64,000 nt of DNA. Source: an uncultured Verrucomicrobiota bacterium (lineage in GTDB: Bacteria > Verrucomicrobiota > Verrucomicrobiia > Limisphaerales > UBA9464). Both the position numbers and the translations under genes were made by a program. The stretch is taken from assembly GCA_903939515.1 (NCBI GenBank), contig CAJAHH010000015.1:7058-71057 (forward strand), read 5' to 3'. Below the pieces are notes generated by a model. That model ran no database searches and was not told the origin of the DNA. It saw only the letters and a program-made list of their open reading frames with translations. This document shows positions 29,338 to 38,596 of this stretch, in pieces; position 1 is the stretch's first letter, and each line of letters begins with the position of its first letter.

Positions 29338-30162
29338 TCAAGGATGTTGGGCGGGCACCTGATAACCTCGGTGCCACGTCAGGGTCCAGAGACGATCGAG
29401 CTGAATGGCTTCAACGTGTCCGTCGACCAGAGCGAAGTTCACCGCACCCGGAATCTTGGAACCGGGCGACACGGTAACCGTGCCGCGAAAGGATGAACCA
29501 TGACGCGAGATACAGAAACGCTGCATCATCGCCTCATTGCCACCCGTCGCTAAATTCCGCGCGGGACGGTCGGTGGCCAATGGCCAAGAATCCGCCCAAT
29601 TACTGTCACCAAAGATCGGGGTGGTGACCGGAACTTCGTAACTACTCTCCTTGGCAAACGCCTTGGTTGGATCGCTGGCTCCCTCGCCTTCCGGGGAATA
29701 TTGCCAACCATTCATGCCGTAGCTGCTCTCGAAACCGGTGTTCCATTGCACCGGGGATTTGACCGGGCCGTACCAAGCGGCCGTGGCCGTCCCCATGGCC
29801 TCGCCCGTCAAATTGCGGTTGGCAGGAATCGGTGCCGTGGGACAAATGCGAATCTTGTCGGAAGGCACGTTGTTGGTCCTCAGAACGGCCATCCAGAATT
29901 TGGCAGGCGTGTAGGCCACCGGGAAGGTCTTACCGGTGTCGTTGAGGTACATGAAGAACCCCAAACCCATTTGCTTGAGGTTGTTGAGGCACACCACCGA
30001 GGCCCCCCGCTGCTTGGCTCGACTGAGCGCCGGTAAAAGCATCCCGGCCAAAATCGCAATAATAGCGATGACCACCAGCAACTCAATCAAGGTGAACGCC
30101 TTGTGGCTGAGGCCGGCCGGTCGATCGGTTGGACGAGATTTTGAAACGGGCGTCGTGTTCAT
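29338..30162 (-). CDS. Prepilin-type N-terminal cleavage/methylation protein
   Basis: [25 protein letters not shown] and RHG...GAVNFALVDGHVE; likely start ATG 30162. Confidence 0.92.
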   Translation of the reverse strand: MNTTPVSKSRPTDRPAGLSHKAFTLIELLVVIAIIAILAGMLLPALSRAKQRGASVVCLNNLKQMGLGFFMYLNDTGKTFPVAYTPAKFWMAVLRTNNVPSDKIRICPTAPIPANRNLTGEAMGTATAAWYGPVKSPVQWNTGFESSYGMNGWQYSPEGEGASDPTKAFAKESSYEVPVTTPIFGDSNWADSWPLATDRPARNLATGGNEAMMQRFCISRHGSSFRGTVTVSPGSKIPGAVNFALVDGHVEAIQLDRLWTLTWHRGYQVPAQHP

Positions 30163-30172
30163 GGGGAGGAGA

Positions 30173-31453
30173 TCACTGAGGTTGGCTGGCGATGCAAAAG
30201 AGATGGGTGTCTCCACGGAGGATGAGCCGATCCATCGCGGGCACAGGGCTGGCAATAATGCGCTCACCCATAGGGTTTTCTGAAAGAAGCTTAAAGGCGC
30301 CGCCGACCTGCGCGGCAAAGATCACACCATCCTCTCGGGCCGCATAAAGAATCCCGTTGGCCACGACCGGGGATGCGTAGTAGGGGGCCGTCGCCTTGGG
30401 CAGTGTTCCCGTCCACAGCGTCTTTCCTGTGCTTGGATCCATGCAGACGACTTCTCCGCGGTGACGCAGCAAGTAGGCTCGACCTTCGGATACGGCCGGA
30501 GCAGCAACAAAGACCCCGAGATCATGCCGCTCCCAAACACGGTGTGTCTGGCTCACATCGCCGGAACCTCCCATACGAATGCCGTAAAAATGCGCCTGAC
30601 CCGGACGATCATCACGCCCCACAGGCACCAAAACGGTGTCTCCACTCAGGACCGGCGAGGCGATGGCAGGCCAATATCCGGTGCCTGCGGGATTGAAGCC
30701 TCCGGCCGTCCACAGAACCTGTCCATCGTCGAGCGCATGGGCCGTCAGGTGATCCGCCCCCCAAATGACCACGGCCGGTTTGCCCGCATGTTGAACGCTC
30801 AAGGGCGTGGCGTATCCGTTGTTGTTTTCGGCGGGCACGACAAAATTGCGCGCCACCTTCCAGCGTAACTCGCCGGTTTTCCGGTCAAAGGCAGCCACCC
30901 ACGATTCGCCGTCATGCAATCGGCTGAGGATGACCGAATCACCGACAATCAACGGAGAGGTCCCCGAATCCCAATAGAGTTTTTCCGCACCAAAGCGCTC
31001 GGTTAAATCGACCTTCCAGAGAACCTTTCCTTCGAGACTCACTGCGGCGAAGTGACCGCTCTTAAACTGGGCATAAATCGCCTGTCCATCGGTCACCGGC
31101 GATGCATTGCAACTCGATCCCAGTGTTCGGTGACGCGGATCAGCGAGGGGGCCAACCGGGGCCTCCCACAGTTTGCGTCCCTGCAAATCGAAGGCCAGAA
31201 AGGCGTCCTGTCCCGCCAAGGGTGAAGTGAGGTAAATCCGCCCCCCGGAGACAACCGGCGTAGAGGTACCCTTCCCTGGCAACTCGGTCTTCCAAGCCAC
31301 CGAATCCAAAGACCACCGTTGCGGAAATCGTCCGGAGATTACACTGCCTTGAGCCGAGGGCCCACGCCAAGAAGGCCACTCTCCAGGAACTGCAGCCACC
31401 AACGACACGCCCATCAACCACCCTGCGCACACTGCTTTTTTCCACGGGGTCAT
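30173..31453 (-). CDS. PQQ-binding-like beta-propeller repeat protein
   Basis: GEWPSWRGP, WKTELPGKGTSTPVV, YYASPV and IASP....LILRG. Confidence 0.88.
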   Translation of the reverse strand: MTPWKKAVCAGWLMGVSLVAAVPGEWPSWRGPSAQGSVISGRFPQRWSLDSVAWKTELPGKGTSTPVVSGGRIYLTSPLAGQDAFLAFDLQGRKLWEAPVGPLADPRHRTLGSSCNASPVTDGQAIYAQFKSGHFAAVSLEGKVLWKVDLTERFGAEKLYWDSGTSPLIVGDSVILSRLHDGESWVAAFDRKTGELRWKVARNFVVPAENNNGYATPLSVQHAGKPAVVIWGADHLTAHALDDGQVLWTAGGFNPAGTGYWPAIASPVLSGDTVLVPVGRDDRPGQAHFYGIRMGGSGDVSQTHRVWERHDLGVFVAAPAVSEGRAYLLRHRGEVVCMDPSTGKTLWTGTLPKATAPYYASPVVANGILYAAREDGVIFAAQVGGAFKLLSENPMGERIIASPVPAMDRLILRGDTHLFCIASQPQ

Positions 31454-31744
31454 AAGAGGAATCCTAACCCTGTCGCAGGGATAAGGAAGCCCCGGATACA
31501 GAGTTCGCCGACAGCGATTTCTACTGGAGCACTCGTGCGGGCTGTGCCTTCTTGAGTCACACCCTCAGTTTCCTCCCAACTGAATCGCTTCGGTCTGCGC
31601 CAGCGCCCCTGCAACGGCAGGAAGTTCTCTAGACACTATTCACCAACCCAGACCCCACAAAACCCACCGCCGCTCGAATCAATGCGCCTTGATCTGAGGG
31701 CAGGACCGGTCGAGCGTTGTCCCGGTTTCATCCCATACCCTTCC

Positions 31745-32767
31745 ATGACCACGCCTCTCCGCCTCGGCATCATCGGCACCGGCTTTATCGCAGACGTCAT
31801 CGCTCACGCCCTACGAGGCACGACCGAAGTAACCCTGAACGCAGTGGCCAGTCGACGGGTCGAGACGGCCTCCGCCTTTGCCTTGAAGCACGGCTCGGTC
31901 CCGGTTTTCGAGTCATGGGAATCCCTGCTCGAATCAGGGACCGTGGACGCGGTCTATGTGGCCACACCCACCTCCGTCCGAGAACCCATCTGTCTGGCGG
32001 CGGCGGCCAAGGGCTTGGCAGTCCTGGCCGACAAGCCCTTTCTCAACCGAGACTCGCTGCAGAGAATCACCCAGGCCTGCACGCAGGCAGGTGTGGCATT
32101 TCTCGATGGCACTCACTTCACACACCACCCGCGCACCCAAGCAGTCCGCGAAGCATTGCCGCTAAAAACCGGCCCCCTCCAAGGGTTGCGGACCTCGTTC
32201 TTCTTCCCGGCCCTCGACCGGAACAACATCCGACTTCAGCCGGATAAGGAGCCCACGGGCGCCATCGGCGACATGGCCTGGTATTCCATGAGGGCCGTCG
32301 TCGAGTACTCCGGCAGCGATGCACCGGTCGCCGAGTGCCGCAGTTGGGCCCAACGGGACGCGGTGACGGGCGGATGGATCCGTGGCACAGGCTTCGTCCG
32401 GTTGAGCGATGGATTCACGGCGACTTGGGATGCGGGCTACACGGTCGGGGCTTGCCTGATGGATCTGGACCTCATGGGAACCCAAGGAGTCATTTCCATG
32501 GATGACTTCGTGCTCGATTGGGAGGGCGGCTTTGGGAGCCCCGACACCACTCGGCCGGTCGGATTCACCCACCGCTTCGGCATGGCCAACCCGGCGACCT
32601 GGGTGCGCACCGAGACTCCTTCCCCCCAACGCCAGTCCACCCGAATGCTCGAAGCCTTCGCCCGATTGGCGCGGAATCCCCGCGGTACGGAGGTGGCCCA
32701 AAGCATCCGCCGCAGCCTTCGCACCCAGGAACTGGTCGATGCTGTGGTTGCCTCGCTGCACGATTGA
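31745..32767 (+). CDS. Gfo/Idh/MocA family oxidoreductase
   Basis: LRLGIIGTGFIA, VDAVYVATP, ADKP (variant of EKP) and GAIGDMAWY. Confidence 0.9.
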   Translation: MTTPLRLGIIGTGFIADVIAHALRGTTEVTLNAVASRRVETASAFALKHGSVPVFESWESLLESGTVDAVYVATPTSVREPICLAAAAKGLAVLADKPFLNRDSLQRITQACTQAGVAFLDGTHFTHHPRTQAVREALPLKTGPLQGLRTSFFFPALDRNNIRLQPDKEPTGAIGDMAWYSMRAVVEYSGSDAPVAECRSWAQRDAVTGGWIRGTGFVRLSDGFTATWDAGYTVGACLMDLDLMGTQGVISMDDFVLDWEGGFGSPDTTRPVGFTHRFGMANPATWVRTETPSPQRQSTRMLEAFARLARNPRGTEVAQSIRRSLRTQELVDAVVASLHD

Positions 32768-32803
32768 TCCGGTCGCCTCTGCCAGTCTCACCGATTCACC
32801 ATC

Positions 32804-33316
32804 ATGAATCCCACTATCCAAGAACTGATCCGCCGCTACCGACTGGAACCGATGCCCGTCGAAGGCACCCTCTTCGTCCAGTCGTATCGGACTGCCCTCG
32901 AACTCCAACCGGGCCGACCGGCGGGAACGGCCATGATTGGCCTCTACTGCGAAGAGCCGTTGAGTCACTCGCTCTTCCACCGACTCACCTTGGATGAGGT
33001 CTGGCATTTCTATGGCGGAGACCCCTTCCGACTCCTCCTCCTGCGACCCGATGGATCCACGGAGGACATCCTCCTCGGGCCCGATCCGCTCCAGGGACAT
33101 TACTGCCAGTATGTCGTGCCGGCCGGAGTCTGGCAGGCCGCCCACCTCATCTCTGGAGGCCTCTACGCACTCTACGGCTGCACCCTAAGCCCTGGCTACA
33201 CGCCGGATATCTTCGAAGGTGGAACCCGCTCGGTGTTAGCAGCGCAATACCCGTCCCGGGCGGTCGACATCGAACGGTTCGCCTGTCCGGACGGCGAAAC
33301 CCGCATGCCCTTGTAA
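32804..33316 (+). CDS. Cupin_5 (DUF985) protein
   Basis: LEPMPVEG, SLFHRL..DEVWHFYGGDP, YVVPAGVWQAA and GCTLSPG. Confidence 0.88.
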   Translation: MNPTIQELIRRYRLEPMPVEGTLFVQSYRTALELQPGRPAGTAMIGLYCEEPLSHSLFHRLTLDEVWHFYGGDPFRLLLLRPDGSTEDILLGPDPLQGHYCQYVVPAGVWQAAHLISGGLYALYGCTLSPGYTPDIFEGGTRSVLAAQYPSRAVDIERFACPDGETRMPL

Positions 33317-33476
33317 CCGGGTCTTCGTCAACTCCGTCAGGAGCAACTGAAGCCATTGACCCCATTTAAAATTCAGTGATTTTGTTTGAACACCGTCCCA
33401 ATCGGGAACCATTTGCCACCGGGACGGCCAACGCTGTTCCCTCGGAAATGAGTCCTTCAACCGGTCCGGTCTGACT

Positions 33477-36317
33477 ATGAATACTTTCGTTCAACGGTGG
33501 ATTTCGAGGATGGGGTGGCTGGCCAGCTTGACCGCAACCCTTTCGGCACTGGCGGTGGAACTTCCGGCCCGGTTGAGCACAGCCGTCGTGCCGGTCCGAC
33601 CGAAGTCCTTGGCGGTGAGTGCGCTGAAGGCTTTGCCTCCGCAAGTCACGCTCCGACTTGCTGCGCCCGATCTCTCCGTGGTGCGTGCCGAAGATGCCTT
33701 GAACCTTCAGCAGAATGCTAAGGGGCGGGCCCGTGTGGGCATCCGGCGTTTGTTGGCGGATCCCATCCGGGTTCTGGGCAGCAAAACTTCGTGGACTCCC
33801 CTGCCCGATGGCACCCGAGTTTGGAGTGCTCGATTGGAGTCTGAAGAGGCATGGGGCGTGCGAGTCCATTTGGAATCCATTCGATGGCCGACCGGAGTTG
33901 AACTGCGAATTTTCAATGCGGAAGATCCCACTGAGATCCAAGGCCCCTTCGATGCAACAAGTCTTGGTGAGAGCGACAATTTTTGGACCCCCAGCCTCTT
34001 CGGATCCGCAGTGGTTCTAGAATGCCGGGTCTCTCCGGGTTCCAGTCTGCCCTCCTTCCGAATCACCGAACTCACTCATCGGTATGTTCGCCTGGGAGAA
34101 GATTCGAACAGCAAAGCAGGAGCCTCCACGGCGTCGCCCAAGACCGCGGCCAGTTGCAATATCGACGTCACTTGCGAACCGGCCTGGGCCAAGACCTCGC
34201 ATGCTGTAGCTGGGATCGGCTCAGTGGGTGTGGTGGGTGAACTCTTCTGCTCGGGTTGTTTGCTCAACGATCTAAACGAAGCCAAAAATACCGATTATTT
34301 CATCACGGCCGGCCATTGCATCACCAGTCAGCCTCAGGCCGACACCATGGAGGTTTATTGGAATTATCAAACGACTCTCTGCAAAGGGGTCCTTCCGAAC
34401 CCCTCCACAGTTCCCAGGACCGTCGGCGGTGCGAGCATCCTCTCCACCGAGAGCCGTGACTTCGGCAACGACCACTGCTTTCTCCAGTTGCGCGGCACCG
34501 TCCCCAGTGGCGTGACCTATGCCGGTTGGAACTCTGACTCCCCTGCCTCCGGCGAGGTCTTGGCCTCAATCCACCATCCTCAGGGTGATTACAAGCGCAT
34601 TAGCATCGGTGTGACCCAGGGCGAGAACGCCAACTTCCGCACGGTGCGATGGACTCGAGGGGTCACTGAATACGGTAGTTCTGGTTCCCCGCTCTTCAAT
34701 GCCCGGCAACAGTTCATTGGGCAGCTCTGGGGAGGTGAATCGAATTGCTCCAACCTCGACCCTTCTCAGCAAATCGACGATTACGGCCGATTTAACGTCA
34801 CCTTCCCGACGGTCCGTCGCTGGTTATTAAATGAACCGGTGACGGTCCCGGCTAATGATGCCTTCTCCGCGGCCCAGACGCTCTCGGGGCAACAAGGGTC
34901 GGTGAGCGGCCGCTCGGTCAATGCGTCCCGCGAAGGCGTAGAGCCCAACCATGGTCAAGGTGGCGGGCGTAATTCCATCTGGTACCAGTGGAGCGCTCCC
35001 TTCACTGGCACGGTGACCTTCGAGACGATGGGGAGCGATTTCGACACCACTCTGGGCGTCTACCAAGGCGACACGGTGAGTAATTTGGTTCGGGTCGCCG
35101 CCAACGATGACTTTGAACTGGGGCAAACGAGCAGCCGAGTGGGTTTCCTCGTCTCGGCAGGAACCCTTTACCGAATCGCCGTGGATGGGCACGACGGCGC
35201 CCAGGGGACGGTCCAGTTGACTTGGCGTCCGGGCGGCATCGCTACGCCCCCGCCCAATGACCTGTTCATCAATGCGGCTGCTACGGTGGGTTTCGGGGGG
35301 ATTTACCACGCCTCCAACTATGGATTTACACGGGAGCCCTTGGAGCCCTCGCACGCAGGGGGGGCTGGCCAGCGATCGGCCTGGTGGCGATGGACCGCTC
35401 CCATTTCAGGGCCAACAATCATCAACACCGCGGACAGCAGCTTTGACACCTTGTTGGCGGTCTACATTGGCAATTCTGTTTCCACGCTGCGGCAAGTCGC
35501 CGAGAACGACGACATCGACTTTGATCTCGATCAGGTCCAAAGCGAGGTGAGCTTTGGAGCGACCGCGGGGGCCACCTACTGGATCGCCGTCGACGGATTA
35601 AACAATGGCATCATTCAGGAGGAGGGTTCTATTCGATTGGAAATATCCCAAAAAGGCGGGCAACCGACTGGCAACAACGCGTTTGCCAATGCCACCCCCC
35701 TCAGCGGATCCCAAGGCGCGGTCACCGCCAACAATTTGAGGTTTACCCGCGAAATCGGGGAACCCTCCCACGCCGGCCTCCGAGGGAATCGATCCGCTTG
35801 GTGGCAGTGGTCGGCCCCGAGCGATGGCATCGTTCGCTTCGAAACCACCGGTTCGGCGTTTGACACGCTACTGGCCGTCTACACCGGAGATTCGGTCAAC
35901 GCCCTGAAACTGGTGGTGGAAAATGACGACATCATCTCCGGCGATGTGTGGCAAAGCCGCGCAGAATTTGCGGCCAAAAAGGGAACTCTCTACCGCATCG
36001 TCGTCGATGGTTTCTACGAGGCCGCCCCCCCCGTGTTCCAAGACGAAGGCAACATCCGCTTAGCGTGGGAACAGGTAATTCCCATCCAACCCTTCGTGGT
36101 GACTGCGTCTCAGGGCACCGATGGCCGATTTGAAGTTCGGCTGATGTCTCAATCGGGCATTCGCTATGCGTTAGAGCGCACTCTCGTCTTGTCCCAACCT
36201 GTATCGCCTTGGAATCGGATCGCCACAGCCGATGGCAACGGCTTGGAGCTCATCCTTCAGGACACCGATCAACCCAGCGGGCAAGCCAGCTACTTCCGAG
36301 TGGTGAGCGTTCCCTGA
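33477..36317 (+). CDS. Secreted S1 serine protease (lysyl endopeptidase/Achromobacter protease I-like) with three PPC-like repeats
   Basis: Pro-region; CSGCLLN, TAGHC, SIHHPQGDYKRIS, TEYGSSGSPLF and IGQLWGG; three ND.F..A...EP.H....SxW..W.AP...S.FDT.L.VY.G...Y.I.VDG repeats; C-terminal YFRV. Confidence 0.88.
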   Translation: MNTFVQRWISRMGWLASLTATLSALAVELPARLSTAVVPVRPKSLAVSALKALPPQVTLRLAAPDLSVVRAEDALNLQQNAKGRARVGIRRLLADPIRVLGSKTSWTPLPDGTRVWSARLESEEAWGVRVHLESIRWPTGVELRIFNAEDPTEIQGPFDATSLGESDNFWTPSLFGSAVVLECRVSPGSSLPSFRITELTHRYVRLGEDSNSKAGASTASPKTAASCNIDVTCEPAWAKTSHAVAGIGSVGVVGELFCSGCLLNDLNEAKNTDYFITAGHCITSQPQADTMEVYWNYQTTLCKGVLPNPSTVPRTVGGASILSTESRDFGNDHCFLQLRGTVPSGVTYAGWNSDSPASGEVLASIHHPQGDYKRISIGVTQGENANFRTVRWTRGVTEYGSSGSPLFNARQQFIGQLWGGESNCSNLDPSQQIDDYGRFNVTFPTVRRWLLNEPVTVPANDAFSAAQTLSGQQGSVSGRSVNASREGVEPNHGQGGGRNSIWYQWSAPFTGTVTFETMGSDFDTTLGVYQGDTVSNLVRVAANDDFELGQTSSRVGFLVSAGTLYRIAVDGHDGAQGTVQLTWRPGGIATPPPNDLFINAAATVGFGGIYHASNYGFTREPLEPSHAGGAGQRSAWWRWTAPISGPTIINTADSSFDTLLAVYIGNSVSTLRQVAENDDIDFDLDQVQSEVSFGATAGATYWIAVDGLNNGIIQEEGSIRLEISQKGGQPTGNNAFANATPLSGSQGAVTANNLRFTREIGEPSHAGLRGNRSAWWQWSAPSDGIVRFETTGSAFDTLLAVYTGDSVNALKLVVENDDIISGDVWQSRAEFAAKKGTLYRIVVDGFYEAAPPVFQDEGNIRLAWEQVIPIQPFVVTASQGTDGRFEVRLMSQSGIRYALERTLVLSQPVSPWNRIATADGNGLELILQDTDQPSGQASYFRVVSVP

Positions 36318-36335
36318 TTCGATCAAACTGTTTAC

Positions 36336-38093
36336 GTGATCCCTGCTGGCACTTCATCGAAACAGGCGGCTCCGGTGGCCCCGTTCCGTCTGCTGCTGCA
36401 AATCAATGCGCTCTCCATGGGGCGCAAGGTGTTGATGCTGCGTCAGAAATCGCGCCTCTGGGTAGGCGTCATTGGACTGTTCCTTGTCGGCTATGCGGTG
36501 ATGGCCTACGGCCTGTTTTTTCAGGGACTCCGTTTCCTCTCCCGATTTCCGGGCTTGGGCGGGCTTCTGGTCGAACGGTTGATCTTCCTGCTCTTTGCCT
36601 GTCTTTTTGGTCTCCTGCTGCTGAGCAATCTGGTCATTAGTTATTCCAACTTCTTCCGCAACCGCGAGTCGGAGTTCCTCCTGCCGCTACCGATTCCTCC
36701 GGAGACCATCTTCCGTTGGAAATTCCTCGAATCGGTCCTGCTGGCCTCCTGGGCATTCTTGTTTCTCATCACGCCGCTGCTCATCGCCTATGGGCATGTT
36801 TATCGGGTGGATTGGCACTTTTACCCCGTCACCGGGTTCCTGGTGGCCCTCTACATTATCCTTCCTGGGGTGGCCGGTTCTGGGCTTTCGCTGCTGCTGG
36901 CCCGGTATCTTGACCGGCGTCTCTTTCAGATAATTCTACTGACCACGATCGCCGCACTCATCGGCGTCTTCATCTGGCGAACCCAACCCACGGCCGTGAC
37001 CGAAGAGATGCTCTTGGAAAACCGAGTGCTGGTGGTCATCGACCGGCTTTTGGACAACACCCGTCTCGTCCAATTTCCGTTTCTGCCCAGTTATTGGCTG
37101 AGCTCAGCGATCCAGAATTGGGTTGAGGGTGCGTATCGCAGCGCGGTTTTCTATGGTGGGGTGCTGCTCAGCTACACGCTGTTTTTTGGGTTGGTGTCCA
37201 TGACCCGATTCGGTGCCGTGCTGTATGAAGCCAGCAGCTGTGTGCGCAGCCGCGGTTCAATCCTCGGGCGCTGGACGTGGCTGCGCCGACTTCGGACCTC
37301 GCCGGAGACGCCCGTGACCACACGAAGCCTGCTGGAGCGGTGCGTCGAAGCCATTCCAGGACTTCCGGGTGACGTGGGTGCCATATTGGTGAAAGACATC
37401 CGCGTCTTTTGGCGCGACACCACTCAGTGGGGACAAACCCTCATGCTCTTTGGCTTGCTCACGGTCTACCTGATGAATTTGAGGCATTTCACCCGGCAAT
37501 CGGATTCGGCGTTCTGGGTCTCCATCACCAGCTTTCTCAACCTGGGTGCGTGTTCGTTAAATCTGGCCACCATCACCACCCGATTCGTCTTTCCGCAGTT
37601 CTCGCTCGAAGGGCGGCGGGTTTGGTTGATGGGCTTGGCACCTTTGGGATTGGCGCGGGTGGTGTGGTGGAAGTTTCTCACTGCATCGGTGCTCACGGGT
37701 GTCCTGACACTCAGTTTGACCCTTTTGAGTTGCTGGATGCTCCATCTCGATAGAGCGCACACGGTGTATTTCGCGATCGCAATGGGTGTGATGACGTTGG
37801 TCCTCAATGCCTTGTCTGTGGGCCTCGGAACGCTCTATCCCAACTTCTCCGAGACCAACCCTGGGAAGATCGTCAGTGGATTTGGTGGCACCTTTTGCCT
37901 GGTCTTGAGTTTTGTGTACATCCTCGGCTCAGTGCTGCTGCTGGCCTTTGGTAGTCCCTGGGGATGGCGGGGCGAAGAGCAAGACACCGCCCGGGCCGGA
38001 CTCACCGGGCTGGTATTCGCAGTAGCCTCTCTCGCGGCCGGCGGCATTCCGCTGCGCCTAGCATTGCGGCGCGCGGCCACCATGGAGCTTTGA
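36336..38093 (+). CDS. Putative ABC-2-type exporter permease
   Basis: Polytopic membrane protein; E.EFLL.LPI, PSYW, KDIRVFWRD..QW and RFVFPQFSLEG. Confidence 0.8.
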   Translation: MIPAGTSSKQAAPVAPFRLLLQINALSMGRKVLMLRQKSRLWVGVIGLFLVGYAVMAYGLFFQGLRFLSRFPGLGGLLVERLIFLLFACLFGLLLLSNLVISYSNFFRNRESEFLLPLPIPPETIFRWKFLESVLLASWAFLFLITPLLIAYGHVYRVDWHFYPVTGFLVALYIILPGVAGSGLSLLLARYLDRRLFQIILLTTIAALIGVFIWRTQPTAVTEEMLLENRVLVVIDRLLDNTRLVQFPFLPSYWLSSAIQNWVEGAYRSAVFYGGVLLSYTLFFGLVSMTRFGAVLYEASSCVRSRGSILGRWTWLRRLRTSPETPVTTRSLLERCVEAIPGLPGDVGAILVKDIRVFWRDTTQWGQTLMLFGLLTVYLMNLRHFTRQSDSAFWVSITSFLNLGACSLNLATITTRFVFPQFSLEGRRVWLMGLAPLGLARVVWWKFLTASVLTGVLTLSLTLLSCWMLHLDRAHTVYFAIAMGVMTLVLNALSVGLGTLYPNFSETNPGKIVSGFGGTFCLVLSFVYILGSVLLLAFGSPWGWRGEEQDTARAGLTGLVFAVASLAAGGIPLRLALRRAATMEL

Positions 38094-38503
38094 TCCTGAA
38101 CAGGGCGCATCCCCGGTTTGATACTGGTAATGCACATCGATCAGCCCGGCCTACGAAGCGACCCGTTACCACCGCATAATCGAGGGTCAGGCAACGATTT
38201 TAAACAAAACTCAGAAGAGTAAAGTTGGGGGCCGAGGCAGAGTAGGCCAACCAGGGCTTTCCCTCCTCTGCTTTGGCCCATCGGAGCGCGCCGTACGAGA
38301 ATCTATTGATAGATCAAACCGCTGGCTCTGAAGCGTTCTTCAATCTTCCGGAGCGCCCCTCCATCCGTGATTAGCGAACTTTCCTTACGGAATAACCGCT
38401 TCAATCTCTCAACAATCTTTGCCTCACCCTGAGCTTTGCGCTTCTCAAGTACGGCCTGCTCGGGACTTCAACCCGTCGGAAAATGCGCCCTGCCGGGCGC
38501 ACC

Positions 38504-38540
38504 AATAAAAGTGGCCATGCCCAGTCAAGGACATGGCCAC
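38504..38540 (-). terminator. Rho-independent terminator of the 38597-41959 gene
   Basis: Minus strand reads GTGGCCATGTCC-TTGACT-GGGCATGGCCAC followed by TTTTATT. Confidence 0.75.
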
Positions 38541-38596
38541 CATCGGTAGCTCTAAATGTCAGAGCGGATCCCAGATCCAACTCCGGAGCGCTGCTG

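Noticed and set aside
38308..38466. Protein-like minus-strand frame (QAVLEKRKAQGEAKIVERLKRLF...)
   Set aside because: About 54 codons with an in-frame stop just upstream and no ATG. It may be a remnant but cannot be assigned.
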